From NCBI RefSeq assembly GCF_018977255.1, contig NW_024704742.1, positions 126,110,001 through 126,174,000 of the forward strand: 64,000 nucleotides of DNA, read 5' to 3'. The notes beneath the pieces were generated by a model. The model was not told the origin of the DNA and ran no database searches. It was given only the letters and a program-made list of their open reading frames with translations. This stretch comes from Callorhinchus milii. Lineage: Eukaryota. This document shows, in pieces, positions 1 to 11,528 of the stretch (positions within the stretch are counted from its first letter, which is position 1; every line of letters begins with the position of its first letter). The translations under genes and the position numbers were made by a program.

Positions 1-85
1 TGGACAGTGGGATGGATATTCTGGAAGAATAAGTTCAGATGGGTCGAAGGGTCTTGTTCATCCAAGCCAATCTTGTAATTTTGTG
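1..85 (+). mobile_element. CR1 LINE 3' UTR fragment (cut by window edge)
   Basis: GATGGGTCGAAGGGTCTTGTT resembles the CR1 3' motif at 45238 (GATGGGCCGAATGGCCT). Confidence 0.5.
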
Positions 86-424
86 AAGTGCTGTTGCCTA
101 GTAAGCAGTAGTCAACACCAACAATAGTATTAAAAAGCCACAAGCAATATGCTATTGTGTCCAAAGTGGTAGCCATGTATTTGTACCCACAGTCTTCTCT
201 CCCGACCACAGACACACACAGTGAGTTCCTGATCTTACTCAGAATGTAGAAGCATTAAACGAGAGACAAACACATGATCACAGGTAGGTAAGCAGCATAG
301 CTCCTCAATGTTCCTCAACTATTAGGTAGAGGATAGTTCTGTCCATTCATTTCAATGACGATTCCTAACCGAATCAGTTACTTTTATTACTCATGATTTC
401 AATGCGGATCAATGAGCACCCACC

Positions 425-522
425 CTACTGTTCTCTCATCACAGGAGTCCAGTGCCCTGGCAACCTATTCTAATCATTAATTACCCTCTTAGTAAAGAAA
501 ATCTTCTTGGTACATCCTAACA
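425..522 (-). mobile_element. Degenerate CR1 ORF2 C-terminal fragment
   Basis: Minus strand reads KKIFFTKRVIND*NRLPG, matching RKIFFTQRVVNVWNSLP of the CR1 at 39989-40549. Confidence 0.55.
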
Positions 523-637
523 TATTGTTCTGAGTTTACTTGCTGAATCCCATTTAAAATATATGCACCTCTTTAAGTTCCCTTGTGAAGGTTGAGAGCC
601 CGAGCTGGTCTAGGCATTGTTTGTAGCTCATTCTTCT

Positions 638-1785
638 ACATAGGAACATAGGAACACAAAGAGGTTGTTCAGCCCTTCAAGCCTGTTCCTTATTTAATTA
701 GAACATGGCTGATCTGTACCTCAACTAATCCACTCAATTCCAATTTCCTGCTTTCTCCTCCTATCCCTTAATATCCTGACCTAACAAAAATCTCTCAACC
801 TCACACTTGAAGGTGTGGATGGATACAGCATCCACAGCCTTTTCGGGGAGAGAATTCCAGATTTCTACCACCCTTTTAGTGAAAAAATGCTTCTTGATTT
901 CACTCTTAAATGGTTTGCTTCTAATTTTAAGACTATGGCCCTTTGTTTGGATTCCCCCATCAGAGGAAATAGTTTCTCTCTATCTACCCTATCAAATCCC
1001 TTTATCATGTTAAATAACTCAATCAAATCACCCCTCAACCTTCTAAACTCAAGGGAATACAATCTAAGTTTATGCTTTCCTCGTAACTTAGCTCTTTTAT
1101 GCCTAGTAACATTCTGGTGAACCTGTGCTGCACCCCCTCCAGGGCCAATATATCTTTCCTGAGATGTGGTGCCCAAAACTGAATGCATTCTCCAGATGAA
1201 GTCTGACTAATGCTCTATACAGCTGAAACATAATTTCTTCCCCTTTGTATTCCAGGCCCCTTGAGATAAAGGCCAACAGTCCATTCACCTTTTTGTTTAT
1301 GTTTTGCACCTGGGAACTCGTTTTTAGTGATTTGTGAAGATGGACACCCTCCACAGTTCTTAATTTCTCCCCAATAAGAAAATGTTCTGTTTTATCTTTT
1401 TTCGGTCTAGTGTGGATGACTTCACACTTTCCTATATTGAATTCCATCTGCCACAGCTTTGCCCACTCACTTAATCTACCTACGTCCCTTTGTAACTTCC
1501 TACTCCCATCTACACAACTTACTGAGCCTCCTAGCTTAGTGTCGTCTGCAAACTTGGATATAAAAGTTTCTATTCCTTCAACCAAGTCATTTATATATAT
1601 GGCAAGTAGCTGGGGTCCTGGTACAGACCCCTGGGGGACACCACTTGTCACGTCCCGGCAATCAGAGAATGTTCCACTTATCTCTACTCTCTGTTGCCTC
1701 CCAACCAATTACCAAGTCACGTCACAAGGTTACGTCCGACTCCACGCACTTCCATTTTCGCTAATAATCTTTTGTGTGGAACACA
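638..1785 (-). mobile_element. CR1 LINE, 5'-truncated, frameshifted RT and C-terminus plus 3' UTR
   Basis: ORF 1103-1708 has SGVPQGSV and KFADDTKL RT motifs; ORF 865-1188 has LYSLEFRRLRGDLIE; (CCTATGTT)n tail at ~638-660. Confidence 0.95.
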
Positions 1786-2158
1786 TGTTGTGCTAATACG
1801 AGGGATCATCATTTTTGCTTGACTTCCACTGAAAATATTGGTTCTAAAACTTATTTATTGCAGTCGAAAGCTGAGCTACTGGGTGGTGCCCCATCCTGAA
1901 GTGGACAATGAGCAGGAAAGCAAACAATATCTGTAGGACTGATGGCAACCATGGGGAGTTTCATGGGTAGCACTAGGATTGAAAAGTTGTTTGAATGACA
2001 AACCTTTACGTCACTGGCCATTTCATAAGGAACCACACAATGCAACTGCTACACTGATTCACAAGATCTGGAATTCAACCTGAGATGTCCTTTAACCTGA
2101 TGTATCGACAGTCCAATGTGGCCATCTGTGTGCCAGCAAGTCTAATGGGCACCTTAGA

Positions 2159-2231
2159 CCAGCGCCTTGGGAATTCCTCCCAGTGTGAAAGGCGCTATAC
2201 AAGTGTAATTTAGTTGTTGTTGCTGTTGTTT
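2159..2231 (+). mobile_element. Solitary L2 3' tail
   Basis: AGCGCCTTGGG...GAAAGGCGCTATACAA followed by (TTG)n. Confidence 0.85.
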
Positions 2232-2529
2232 TGAGCACACCCACTCTGACAGAGTCGGAGATGTCCACACCCATGGATAATCCTCAGGTATTGATCACCT
2301 TCAATTATTGACTTTAATTATTCGCCTTTAATTAATTATAGTATCTTGAAATCATTTATCAATAATGTGATAATTATCACCAAGGTTAAGATTGCTATTT
2401 TCACCCAAACCTGCCTTAGCAACTTTACTTTGCAATTTGTAAATAAACAATAAAAGATTATGGATCGGATTTAATTCAAAATTTGAGAACAGGACTGAGA
2501 ATCCCAACAAACAGGAAAAGATGTTTGCC

Positions 2530-2889
2530 TTGATCTTCAAACTCGATCCTCACACATCCTTAAATCCCTTCATGCCCTGGAACCACCGTACCTCACCGAC
2601 CTGTTTCTCCCTAACTGCTGCCTCCGCTCGACTGGCTCAAGCCTCCTGCTTGTCCCTTGTGTCCTTCATTCCACCATTGGTGCCCGTGCTTTCAGCCACT
2701 ATGCCCTGAAGCTCTGTAACACTCTCCCCGCCTTGCACCCTCATTCCCCATCTTCAGTTGGTACTCTACTTTTCAACAGTGCCTACAGTCACCTCCCACC
2801 AGTTTGACATTGTGCTCCGCCACAGTCAAGCGCTCTGGGACGCTATCTGGTGTGAAAGGCGCTATATAAATGCAAATTGATGTTGTTGC
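2530..2889 (+). mobile_element. L2 LINE 3' fragment
   Basis: C-rich ORF2 end (GCTTTCAGCCACTATGCCC) and tail AAGCGCTCTGGG...AAGGCGCTATATAAATGCAA(TTG)n. Confidence 0.85.
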
Positions 2890-3042
2890 CTTTGCAAGAG
2901 TTGCATTGCAATGCAGTTACATAACCCAATAATTTTCACGCTGCTTTCTAAAATTCATATCTCTGCATTGCCTTGTCAGTACCTATTTCTTTTGGACTAT
3001 CTATCTCATTGAGGCATGCGTTATGGGGTGTTTTTTTACTGT

Positions 3043-3097
3043 GAGTTCACACAAAGGACCAAGCAATTCGAGTTCACACGAAGGAACCAAGCAATTC
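3043..3097. repeat. Tandem duplication of 27/28 bp
   Basis: GAGTTCACACAAAGGACCAAGCAATTC then GAGTTCACACGAAGGAACCAAGCAATTC. Confidence 0.9.
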
Positions 3098-3914
3098 CCA
3101 AGCACATAATTTTGCAGCGAAGCACTCAAACATTATAAGCACACTTGTGATGACCTTCAGTCAGTGCAGCTGGCTACAGAATACATTAGTCACGAGATTG
3201 CCCTTAGCAAGCCATAAGAACCTTTTAAATACTAGCCACCATCAGAAATTAGAACAGGACTGATAATGCATTTTTTTGAAATGTCAGTGATAGTATCTTT
3301 ACAAATAGAATACTTTTGCATTATTATAGTTAGTTTATACTGTTTAATGTGAACAGAAATGCTTTGCTTGAGTAGGACTGTCCCAAATGTTTGTAAAAAG
3401 ATTTATGCAGTTACACAGCAGGCACTTTGTTCAATGATTCCCCCTTGTGCCATTATCTCAGCTTTATGCGGTGACCCCTGTGAGAAGCTGCATTTAAGAC
3501 TGGCCAGTGTAATGTTGAATAAAGTACTGTGGAGTCTACCGTTGTCTATGGTGAGCTGTGATCTTATTGCTATATTAGCACTGGGTGGTAAAGAGACTCT
3601 GTCCTCAAGCCATTTCCTGCTGTGTAAATCCCCAGATTTACATGAAGTGCTTCAGCCTTTGATGCTTTTTATGTAAATCCAGAGAAAGGGAATGGCAGAT
3701 GGCAGTAACTGGCTGCTCATAATATTAGACTTTCAGTTCAGAAGCGCTCTGAGGCCAAACCAAGCAAACCTAAACATCACTCTGAGCACTCGAAGCGATT
3801 TGTTTGCAAATTGCTCCACTAAGCCCCCGCACCCCCCCACCCCCCCACACACATACACACACCACTATCAACACCACCATCATCAACAGTTGACGTTTTG
3901 TACATATCACTGTG

Positions 3915-4302
3915 TGTCAGTGTGGCTCAGCTGGTATCACTCTTGCCTCTGGCTTAGAATATGCATTCAGGCCCCAAATCAGGAGTTTGAGCTCTTATTC
4001 TGAGCTGTTACTCAGAGGTGCCGTCCTGTGGCCCCATTTGTCAGGTGGCTGTTAACGATTCTGTTACACTATTTGGAAAGAATTTGACTTGGCTAACAAT
4101 TTTTCATGGAAATCAGTCATTCACACAATGACTGTTTGAAGACCTCGCTGTATGCAAAAGCCATGTCGTCCTGAATTTTATCAGTGTGAATTGTATGCAA
4201 ATGCCTTGTTTGTCTACAAATACACAGTCAAAGCACATTACTTGTGAACCACTTTGGGCCATTTTAATGTTGCAGGAGCTACATCAAATGCTAGGATTAT
4301 TT
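3915..4302 (+). mobile_element. Old tRNA-derived Deu-domain SINE (SacSINE1-like), degenerate
   Basis: TGGCTCAGCTGGTATCACTCTTGCCTCTG head, GAGGTGCCGTCC core, ATCAAATGCTAGGATTATT tail. Confidence 0.75.
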
Positions 4303-4825
4303 TTTGTTTGGTCAGCTGTGTGTTGGACGCATGAAGAAACCCATCACCTTGTTTAAGAGTAACCAATCCAGATTTAGAATTCTACATACATATCCCACCT
4401 ACTCTGTATTGGAATGCACAAACTCTCCCTAGAGGAACACATCCTGCTTACCTGATTCCAGAGTATTGGTGCAAGTTGGCTGGAGCCCCACAATGAGAGC
4501 ACTATCTCACAAGCGTTTTTCTTGCCGCTTGACTCTTCCTGTTAAGGCTTTGGCTTGCAGGGTGAACAGGAGTGAGTGGGAACAATCCTGGATCTCAGTG
4601 ACTATTCTGCCCCTTCAAATCCTGCTCTTGAGCCAGATTGACTGGTCTGTCACCAGCAGTCTCCTAGGGTACTGTGGACCCGGCTGGCTCAGGAACTGGA
4701 CTACCGAGACCACCACAGAGCTTGACTCAATTCTGACATTCCGTTGCCAAATTTGTTACAGTGGAGGCAGTTCAGCTCCAAGGAGACCCCATTTATCCCC
4801 ACCCAACCAAGGATATAGTCACTTG
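4303..4825 (-). repeat. Unclassified ~650-bp interspersed repeat (family X), near full length
   Basis: Colinear similarity to 35445-36105 and 10270-10735: TTTGGTCAGCTG...CCCATCACC...CTCAGGAACTGG...TTCAGCTCCAAGGAGA. Confidence 0.85.
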
Positions 4826-4999
4826 TTTCAAGGATTGTTATTGATATAAAATCAGTTTGTCACTGAGTCATTTGTGATACTCAATAAACAGAAGCACAAG
4901 CAATTTCTGAAAGTCATCAGAGAAAAAAACAAAGAATGAAATGCAAGACGGAGGGGAGATGCCGATTTGCACTCCTCACTATTTTGAACTTTGGCCACT

Positions 5000-5146
5000 T
5001 TCCTGGAAAGCGATCCGCCAATCGACTAACAACCGGGTTCCTATTTACTGCCAGGAAAATAGAGGATGTGGAGTAAGGAAACTTGCCTTGAGGTTTCACC
5101 CTACCCAGGAATCAAACTGGGGTCCTCTCACTTGCGAGGCAAGTAA
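5000..5146 (-). mobile_element. tRNA-Ala-headed SINE, 5' portion only (long variant)
   Basis: Matches 36748-36885 (GGAAAGCGATCC...AATCGACTAACAACCGGGTTCCTA...GGAGTAAGGAAACTTGCC). Confidence 0.85.
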
Positions 5147-5204
5147 ATCTGACAGCTCAGAGCAAACAAGGAAGTTCGAAGTATCACCTCCATTCTTTTT
5201 GAGA

Positions 5205-5908
5205 TTATGGTAAATTGGAGCTACTTCCTGCATGAAACCCACCACCTGCTCCCTCAACCTCATCCCTACCCTCTACTTACCTCTCAGCTCCACCTCTTTG
5301 CCCCTCTACTGACAGACATCATCAACCTCTCTCTGTCCACTTGTACTGGTTCCACCCCCTAAAAACGGTTATCATCACCCCTATCCTCAAAGCCTTGCTT
5401 GTCGGGCCTTCCCAACTCTTCCCGCCACAAGCTGCAGTTCATCCAGAACTCTGCAGCTCGTGTGCTCTCTCACACCAGACTCCTTGACCCCATCACCTCC
5501 ACCTTCGCCCGGCTTCACTGGCTCCCCATCCCCCAGAGGATTGAATTCAAAATCTTCATCCCCAGCTTCGAGGCCCTCCATGGCCTTGATCCTTCCTAAC
5601 TCTGTGACCTGCTGACCCCATATCAACCCACCGACAGTATTCAGGCCTTCAGCCTCGCTAACCTCACCCTCTGGAACTGTATCCCACATTCCCTTCATCT
5701 CGCTCCCTCCCTTGCCTCCTTCAAGGCAAGTCTCAAGACCCTCCTCTTCGACCGTGCCTTCAGCCACCCTCTTATCTTCTCTACTCTCCACCTTCCCTGA
5801 TCCCAACCCCCTCCTGCTCAGGTCCAAATCCCTGACTGTCCAGCGCCTTGGGACATCCTCCTGACGTCAAAGGCGCTATACAAATGTAATTTTGCATTGT
5901 ATTGTTAT
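5205..5908 (+). mobile_element. L2 LINE fragment with internal deletion, ORF2 remnants and 3' tail
   Basis: KLQFIQNSAARVL and LHWLPIPQRIEFK motifs (ORF 5399-5599); tail CAGCGCCTTGGGAC...AAGGCGCTATACAAATGTAA. Confidence 0.92.
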
Positions 5909-6127
5909 TTCACTATTTAAACCTGTCTAATACAGGGCAGTGGTTAGTCACGCATGGAAAGGTCCTGACAAATTGTTCATGACTCTAAGGCCTTGTGCCT
6001 GTAGGGTTCTGATTCAGCTTGCTCCACAGATTTCTTAGTATAACTTTCAAATAACAAAGAAAGCTTAAAAACTAGTAGATATTGTAGTTGCTTGTAGGAA
6101 TTTGACTTTAGTTAGAAGGCAGTAAAA

Positions 6128-6495
6128 TTATTAATAATCCTTACATTTGATATGGCACCTTTCACATCTGAATGATATTTCAAGCCCTTCATAGGATTTA
6201 CTGTAAGAGCAGTGACTGTAAGTGAACATGGTAGCCAATTTGTGTGCTGTTGAGCAAGGACACTGGTAGAAACTGCTTTCACTTTCTGAGTAGTGGCATG
6301 AGAATTTTAACATCCACCTGAACTGGCAGTTTAAGATCTAATCCAAAGGATAGCTTCTCCTACAATGCAGTACATCCCAAGCAGTGCACTGGAACGTCTG
6401 CCTCGACTTGTGAGTTCAAAGTCCCGGCATGGGGCTTGAACCCACAACCTTCTGACTCAGAGGGAAGAGTACTATCGACTGTGACAGACTGACAC
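6128..6495 (-). mobile_element. Old Deu-domain SINE
   Basis: AATAATCCTT.CATTTGAT tail at left; CTTGAACCCACAACCTTCTGACTCAGAGG head at right. Confidence 0.85.
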
Positions 6496-7089
6496 GGGGT
6501 TGTTTAATTGTGTTGTTGGGGATTTTTAATCATATTCCTCTGGCATTACTGTAATGTTGCTTTAAATTACAAGTAAGACCATAGAAAGGGGTGCTGAAAA
6601 CAGTTCCACAAATAATTAAAGCCTTGTCTTCTTGAGGTGTAAATGAACATTGTTTTTGGAGTAATTAGTTGCTGGATATCTTTGAAATGTAAACAATATC
6701 ATCTTGTACAATGAAGACACTCTGTGGATGAATTGCTTATGAAATTTTGATGGAATAATTTCAGTTGCTGCAATGTTCCAGGGAATGTAAACACTTTATT
6801 TGCCTCATCTCATCTTCCAGTTTTAATTCACTCAGCTGCAATGCTGAGACCTATGATATACTGAAATTAATAATTTACCAAAAGCATTCATCATACCATG
6901 TCCAGGGTTTCTTTCTTTCAGTTGGATCCCGGTGAATAACTTTCTATGAATGCAGCAAGAGTTTTTGTTTTGGGGGGAAATACGTTTGAGTTCACCTTGT
7001 AAAAGTGGAAACTTAGAAGTGTGGAACTAAGAAGTTGGGTCAAAGAAGCAGAAGGATCATAAACATGCCGACAGAAATAGGTGACTTAC

Positions 7090-7218
7090 ACAGTCAAAGA
7101 GAATTCCTTCAAAGCTCGTTTTTGCAAACGTTTCACAAAGTTCAGAAGTGATTTCTGGAAAGTGCATCTGCTGTTGCTTTGTGACTGCTATCATGTTAGC
7201 ACAAGCCTTTTTATAGAA
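7090..7218 (-). CDS. Candidate internal coding exon (129 nt, phase 0/0) of unidentified gene: FYKKACANMIAVTKQQQMHFPEITSELCETFAKTSFEGILFDC
   Basis: Minus strand ...gactggtttcacag|TTC TAT ... GAC TGT|gtaagt; 43 open codons in unique sequence; protein not recognised. Confidence 0.4.
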
Positions 7219-7769
7219 CTGTGAAACCAGTCATTTCCAAAAATAGCTTAAGAGTTGTGCTTCTGTTCTGCGTTGTGTGCTTCGAGGAGCCTTTGTTAGT
7301 AATATGGGGAAGCTTGTGGCATATTAGACTGGTGAGCAATGCAATGACAATTCTAAGGATGGATATGGCAGAGGATATATGGAACCTTATGTCTCAGTAC
7401 TGCACATGCTTCATTGGGTCCAGTTAATACTACTCTTGAGCCAATACCAAAATTAACAGAAGATTATTGTGAATGTTTCCCGGAAAATTACTCCTACTCC
7501 AAATCTTGAGGTATTGAAGCCCAAGCATTTTGTGGACCACAAAGTTCATTGTATGCAACCTATTTGCTAAGATCACTAGCAGTGAATGCAAAGCTTAAAT
7601 TAGATTGTTGGATATTCATTTTCACAGGAACTATTATGAAGCAAAAGGGCACTGACGACAATAGATTTTAGGAATGCAATACAACTGCTCAGTTGAGATC
7701 TATTATATAACCAGTCATTTATAAAAGAGTTTAAATATGTAAAGGGCAAATGTATTTGCTATGCATTGA

Positions 7770-8105
7770 AAATTAAATTGCAATTTGGACATTTTAACAG
7801 AAAATGGAGTGATTCAACTGAATTGTAATGAATGCACCTGATATAAGTGGATATAAAGTGTCTACAGGATGCAACACCAAAGAGGGATTTGGGGTGGATA
7901 GATCACTGAAATTATCAGCACCTAATGTGTATTATTCTGGTTGTGGAAAGCAGAAGAGAAATAGCGAGGGGCAAGCAGATTGATAATGAGAATTAGATAC
8001 TTCAGTTATAAAGTAAGATTTGAGGCACAAAAAATGCACAATGGGAGAAGGATCACAAGTGATTTCACAGAAGGATTCAAGATCCTAGAGGGCATAAATA
8101 AAATG
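7770..8105 (+). mobile_element. Highly degenerate CR1 fragment
   Basis: Traces such as AGAGGGATTTGGGGGT and AGTTATAAAGTAAGATT...GGATTCAAGATCCTAGAGGGCATA resemble CR1 ORF2. Confidence 0.4.
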
Positions 8106-8498
8106 TGGTTTCAAGCCCCATGTTGAGACTTAGAACTCATTTAGTCTAAGATGACATTCCAATACAGTACTGGGAGTGTACTGCAGTACTTGGAGGTTCC
8201 TATCCTTGGATGAGACGTTAAACCAAGGTCACTTCAGTTTGTTAAGGTGACCATTAAAGATCCCAGAGCACTATTCAAAAAGAGATGGGAGTTTCTCACG
8301 GTTACCTGTCCAATACTCCCCCAAATAAAATTGGTCATTCTATTGGTCATTGATTGCTGTTTGTGGACTTTAACTGACACAAATTGGCTACCATGTTCAC
8401 CCGCAAAAATACAATCAGGTTTACAGTGAAATCCTGAGAAGCATTTTGGGTCATCCTCCCGACATGAAAAGTGCTGTATCAAATGTAATGATAATGAT
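8106..8498 (+). mobile_element. Old Deu-domain SINE
   Basis: GGATGAGACGTTAAACCAAGG...TTAAAGATCCCAGAGCACTATT core and L2-type tail. Confidence 0.9.
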
Positions 8499-8790
8499 CT
8501 GAATTATTATATAATTAATTATATTTATAACCCTTACATTTAGAACACCATGATATCTGATTTTATTTGTTCGATTAAGGCAGTATCTCTCTCACCCACG
8601 AGCTGTCAAGTGCCACAATATCAGCAGCTGCAAATCTTAAGCACGGCAAGGGGTTTCCATGCACGTCAGACACCCCCAGTTGATAAAAATTACATTCACA
8701 ATGTATCAAATCATCATCTATCAGGACCAGCTGAATTTGCTTGTTATACTGCACTAACATTGTTTTCAGGCCATCGCTATGTAAACTTAC

Positions 8791-8912
8791 AAACAAAGAC
8801 AGAAACAATTGAATCATAATTTCCTCTTGTTTCAGAAGCCCAAAACTGCTGAACTTCTGCTATTAATGTACTGAAAAGATTCACAAACAACCATCTGCTT
8901 TTTAATCCAAAA
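8791..8912 (-). CDS. Weak candidate exon (122 nt): FGLKSRWLFVNLFSTLIAEVQQFWASETRGNYDSIVSVFV
   Basis: Strong acceptor ttttttcttctttttag and donor TTT|gtaagt; one open frame; not recognised. Confidence 0.25.
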
Positions 8913-8934
8913 CTAAAAAGAAGAAAAAAAGTAT

Positions 8935-9285
8935 GAATTCTAAAAAGTCTGACATTCATGACAGGTCAGGTGGAAAGTGAAAGAGGATAGGTTAACATTT
9001 CCAGTTTGACTTTTCATCAGAACCCTAAAATCTTTACCTCTCATTTTAGTTTGTGCGCTGATCTGTCTGCACTGCATTTGTTCCTGCAGATTCCCCCTCT
9101 TTGATTCCTGGGCTGGTTCCGGGCTTTCCTTTACTTCCACAAGAGAAAAACTTACTCCAGAAAACATATGATGTCAACGGAATGATGATTCTGAAATGAA
9201 TGGTAATCCTAGAGATCTGTAGCAGCAGCAGAAAGAGAAAAATTAGGTTGACATTTCGGGTACGACGCTTCATCAAAACTCACAG
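8935..9285 (-). mobile_element. Two tandem Penelope-like terminal repeat fragments with degenerate hammerhead-like cores
   Basis: Minus strand TTCTGATGAAAAGTC..ACTGGAAATGTTAAC (~9024-8991) and TTTTGATGAAGCGTCGTACCCGAAATGTCAAC (~9279-9248); similar to 58731-58920. Confidence 0.65.
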
Positions 9286-9393
9286 TCGAAGCCATTTCAT
9301 CTCTGTCACATGGTGGTTGACTTGTGAATTTTCAGCATTTGGTCAAAATTACAGCGATTTTTAATTGGATTTCTATTGGGATTTTGTACGCTT

Positions 9394-9960
9394 CAGCGCT
9401 CCAAGACGTTACCACTTGTGAAGGACGCTATATAAATGCAAGTTGCTCTGATGTTGTGTCCTCTCCTGCACCAGGCTCCGCAATCCTATCACCCCCATCC
9501 TTGCCTAGGTCCACTGGTTTCCCATCACACAGAGGATCCAGTTCAAGATCCTGGTCCTCACCTTTAAAGGCCTCCATGGTCTTGCTCCCCACTACCAGTG
9601 CGACCTCCTAACCCCCTACCACCCTGTTCGCTCCCTCCACTCAGCGGGCTCTGGCCTGCTTCACGTCCCCCACCTTGCTCGCCCCACTATTGGCAGGCGG
9701 GCCTTCCGCCACTCTGCACCCACCCTCTGGAACTCCATCCAACAGTCCCTCCGTCTCGGCCCCTCCCTCGCTACCTTCAAGACCCACCTCAAGACCCTCC
9801 TCTTCAACCGTGCTTTCGATCTCCCTGCTTCTCCCCCTACCCTCCACCCTCCCCCACCCCGACCCTCAGCTCAGGTCTGTAACTCTGTCTGTCCAACGCC
9901 TTGGGACGTCCTCCCGATGTAAAAGGTGCTACACAAATGTAATTCTGTTGTTGTTGTTGC
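9394..9960 (+). mobile_element. Solitary L2 tail (9394-9456) followed by L2 3' fragment (9457-9960)
   Basis: CCACTGGTTTCCCATC...TTCAAGATCC ORF2 remnant; tail CGCCTTGGGACGTCCTCCCGATGTAAAAGGTGCTACACAAATGTAA(TTG)n. Confidence 0.92.
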
Positions 9961-10269
9961 TACGAGTTTTAGTTATTTACTTATTTTCTTTGCTCTATCT
10001 ACACACAGGCAAGATTTTCTGTAAAATAAAGGAATCCTTGCAGAAGTGGACTATTTATCTATAATATAATATCTATGTATCCTTATAGCAAAAATTGTAG
10101 TAGTGCATAAAACATAATGTGTTTCTTGTGCTTATTAAGATAAGGATCCCTTCCAGGAATACTGCTAATTTTTCCCTTATTATTTTCTGGAATAATTCTT
10201 TTAATAAATAAATGCTCAACTTGTAAGCATCACCTCCGGGAGCTAACACAAATTCAAACCCAAGGTTTA

Positions 10270-10735
10270 TTTTGTCTGTTTTTTGGTAATGTTTAATGCA
10301 TTAAATGACACATGCCATCACCAGGCTTCCAAACCAAACTGAGAGTTCCATTCATCCCACCTATACTTGGAAATTCCAGAGGTAAATTGTTGGAATGGAA
10401 TGCACACTCTCTCCAGGTTGGAAAGAGGCCAGGCTTGGGGACTCCTGAATGTGCTGGAGTCTAACCAGCTAAAACTGCGTAGCTTACCATTGATATCACT
10501 GTTAACAGGAGATGAGTGAGAAGAGTCCTTGACTCATCTGCCCTTCCAAGTTCTACCGATGAGCTAGGCTGGCAGGGCTGTCATGAGTAGTGCCCTGGAA
10601 TACTGCCTGGCCCGGCAATTACTGAGACCGCCAGAGGGTGGGTTCGATTCTGACATTCTGTTGCCAAATATGTCACCTTGGAGCCAATTCAGCTCCAAGG
10701 AGACCCCAATTTACAACAAGAAGGATAGTCATTAT
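10270..10735 (-). repeat. Family X repeat copy with internal deletions
   Basis: CCAAACCAAACTGAGAGTTCCA...AACCAGCTAAAAC...TTAACAGGAG...TTCAGCTCCAAGGAGACCCC...GGATAGTCA. Confidence 0.85.
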
Positions 10736-11424
10736 TCTAATTACAGATAAAGCATTAAATATAAAGAGCAATACACATAAAAGATAAAGAGTAATGCATA
10801 TATTGACTTTTGTGTAATGTGACCTTGCTGCATTCTTAGGAACAGTAGCAAATGATGGATTGTTAAATAAGTGGCAGCAATAGAGTTAACACACATGTGT
10901 CTGGACTGATGATTTCATGCTGCTGAGACATACAGTTAGGGGCGAATTTTCTCCATGGGTTGCTGTGGCCTTTAGGAATTGCGGTGTATTTATGCGTATG
11001 ACTAGTGCGCATGGGACAAGTGTCAACTTCATACAGAGCTTCTAGAATTTAAGCAACCAATTGGAAGTTGATGGTGTGAAGCCTCAAGGCCTCTAACTGG
11101 CCTCACAATGGGCAATTAGCAGGATTACCAGTGCGTAGAGGACAGAAATGTGCCCAGACAGGGGAAAATACTGGGCAAAGAGAAGAGGGAACAACAATAA
11201 CAAATTACATTTGTGTAGTGACTTTTTGGTCAGGAGAATGTCCTAAAATGCTGAAGGTTTTGCGCATGTACTTGTACATGTTACAAAATAATTGATTTCA
11301 TTATTTAAATCTACAGTAAATCCCCATTTTACCAGATTCCAGGTATTCAGAATTCATGCTTAGCTGAAACCAAAACAATTTAAAAGATTTCTGCAGGTGG
11401 GAGGAAATGGAAAAAACGACAGAG

Positions 11425-11528
11425 AAGCAGATTCACAGTTGAGGCTGTATTTAAGAATTTGCCAAATTTCAGACCGCTCTGAAATGCTACATAAATAAAC
11501 ATAGACTCAAGTGAAATTTAGTTCCCTA
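11425..11528. mobile_element. Fold-back MITE-like family, one arm
   Basis: GGCTGTATTTAAGAATTTGCCAAATT...AAATGCTACATAAATAAA, also at 45698-45752. Confidence 0.65.

Noticed and set aside
3824..3890. Poly-Pro/His stretch in ORF 3692-4003
   Set aside because: Simple C/CA-rich low-complexity sequence.
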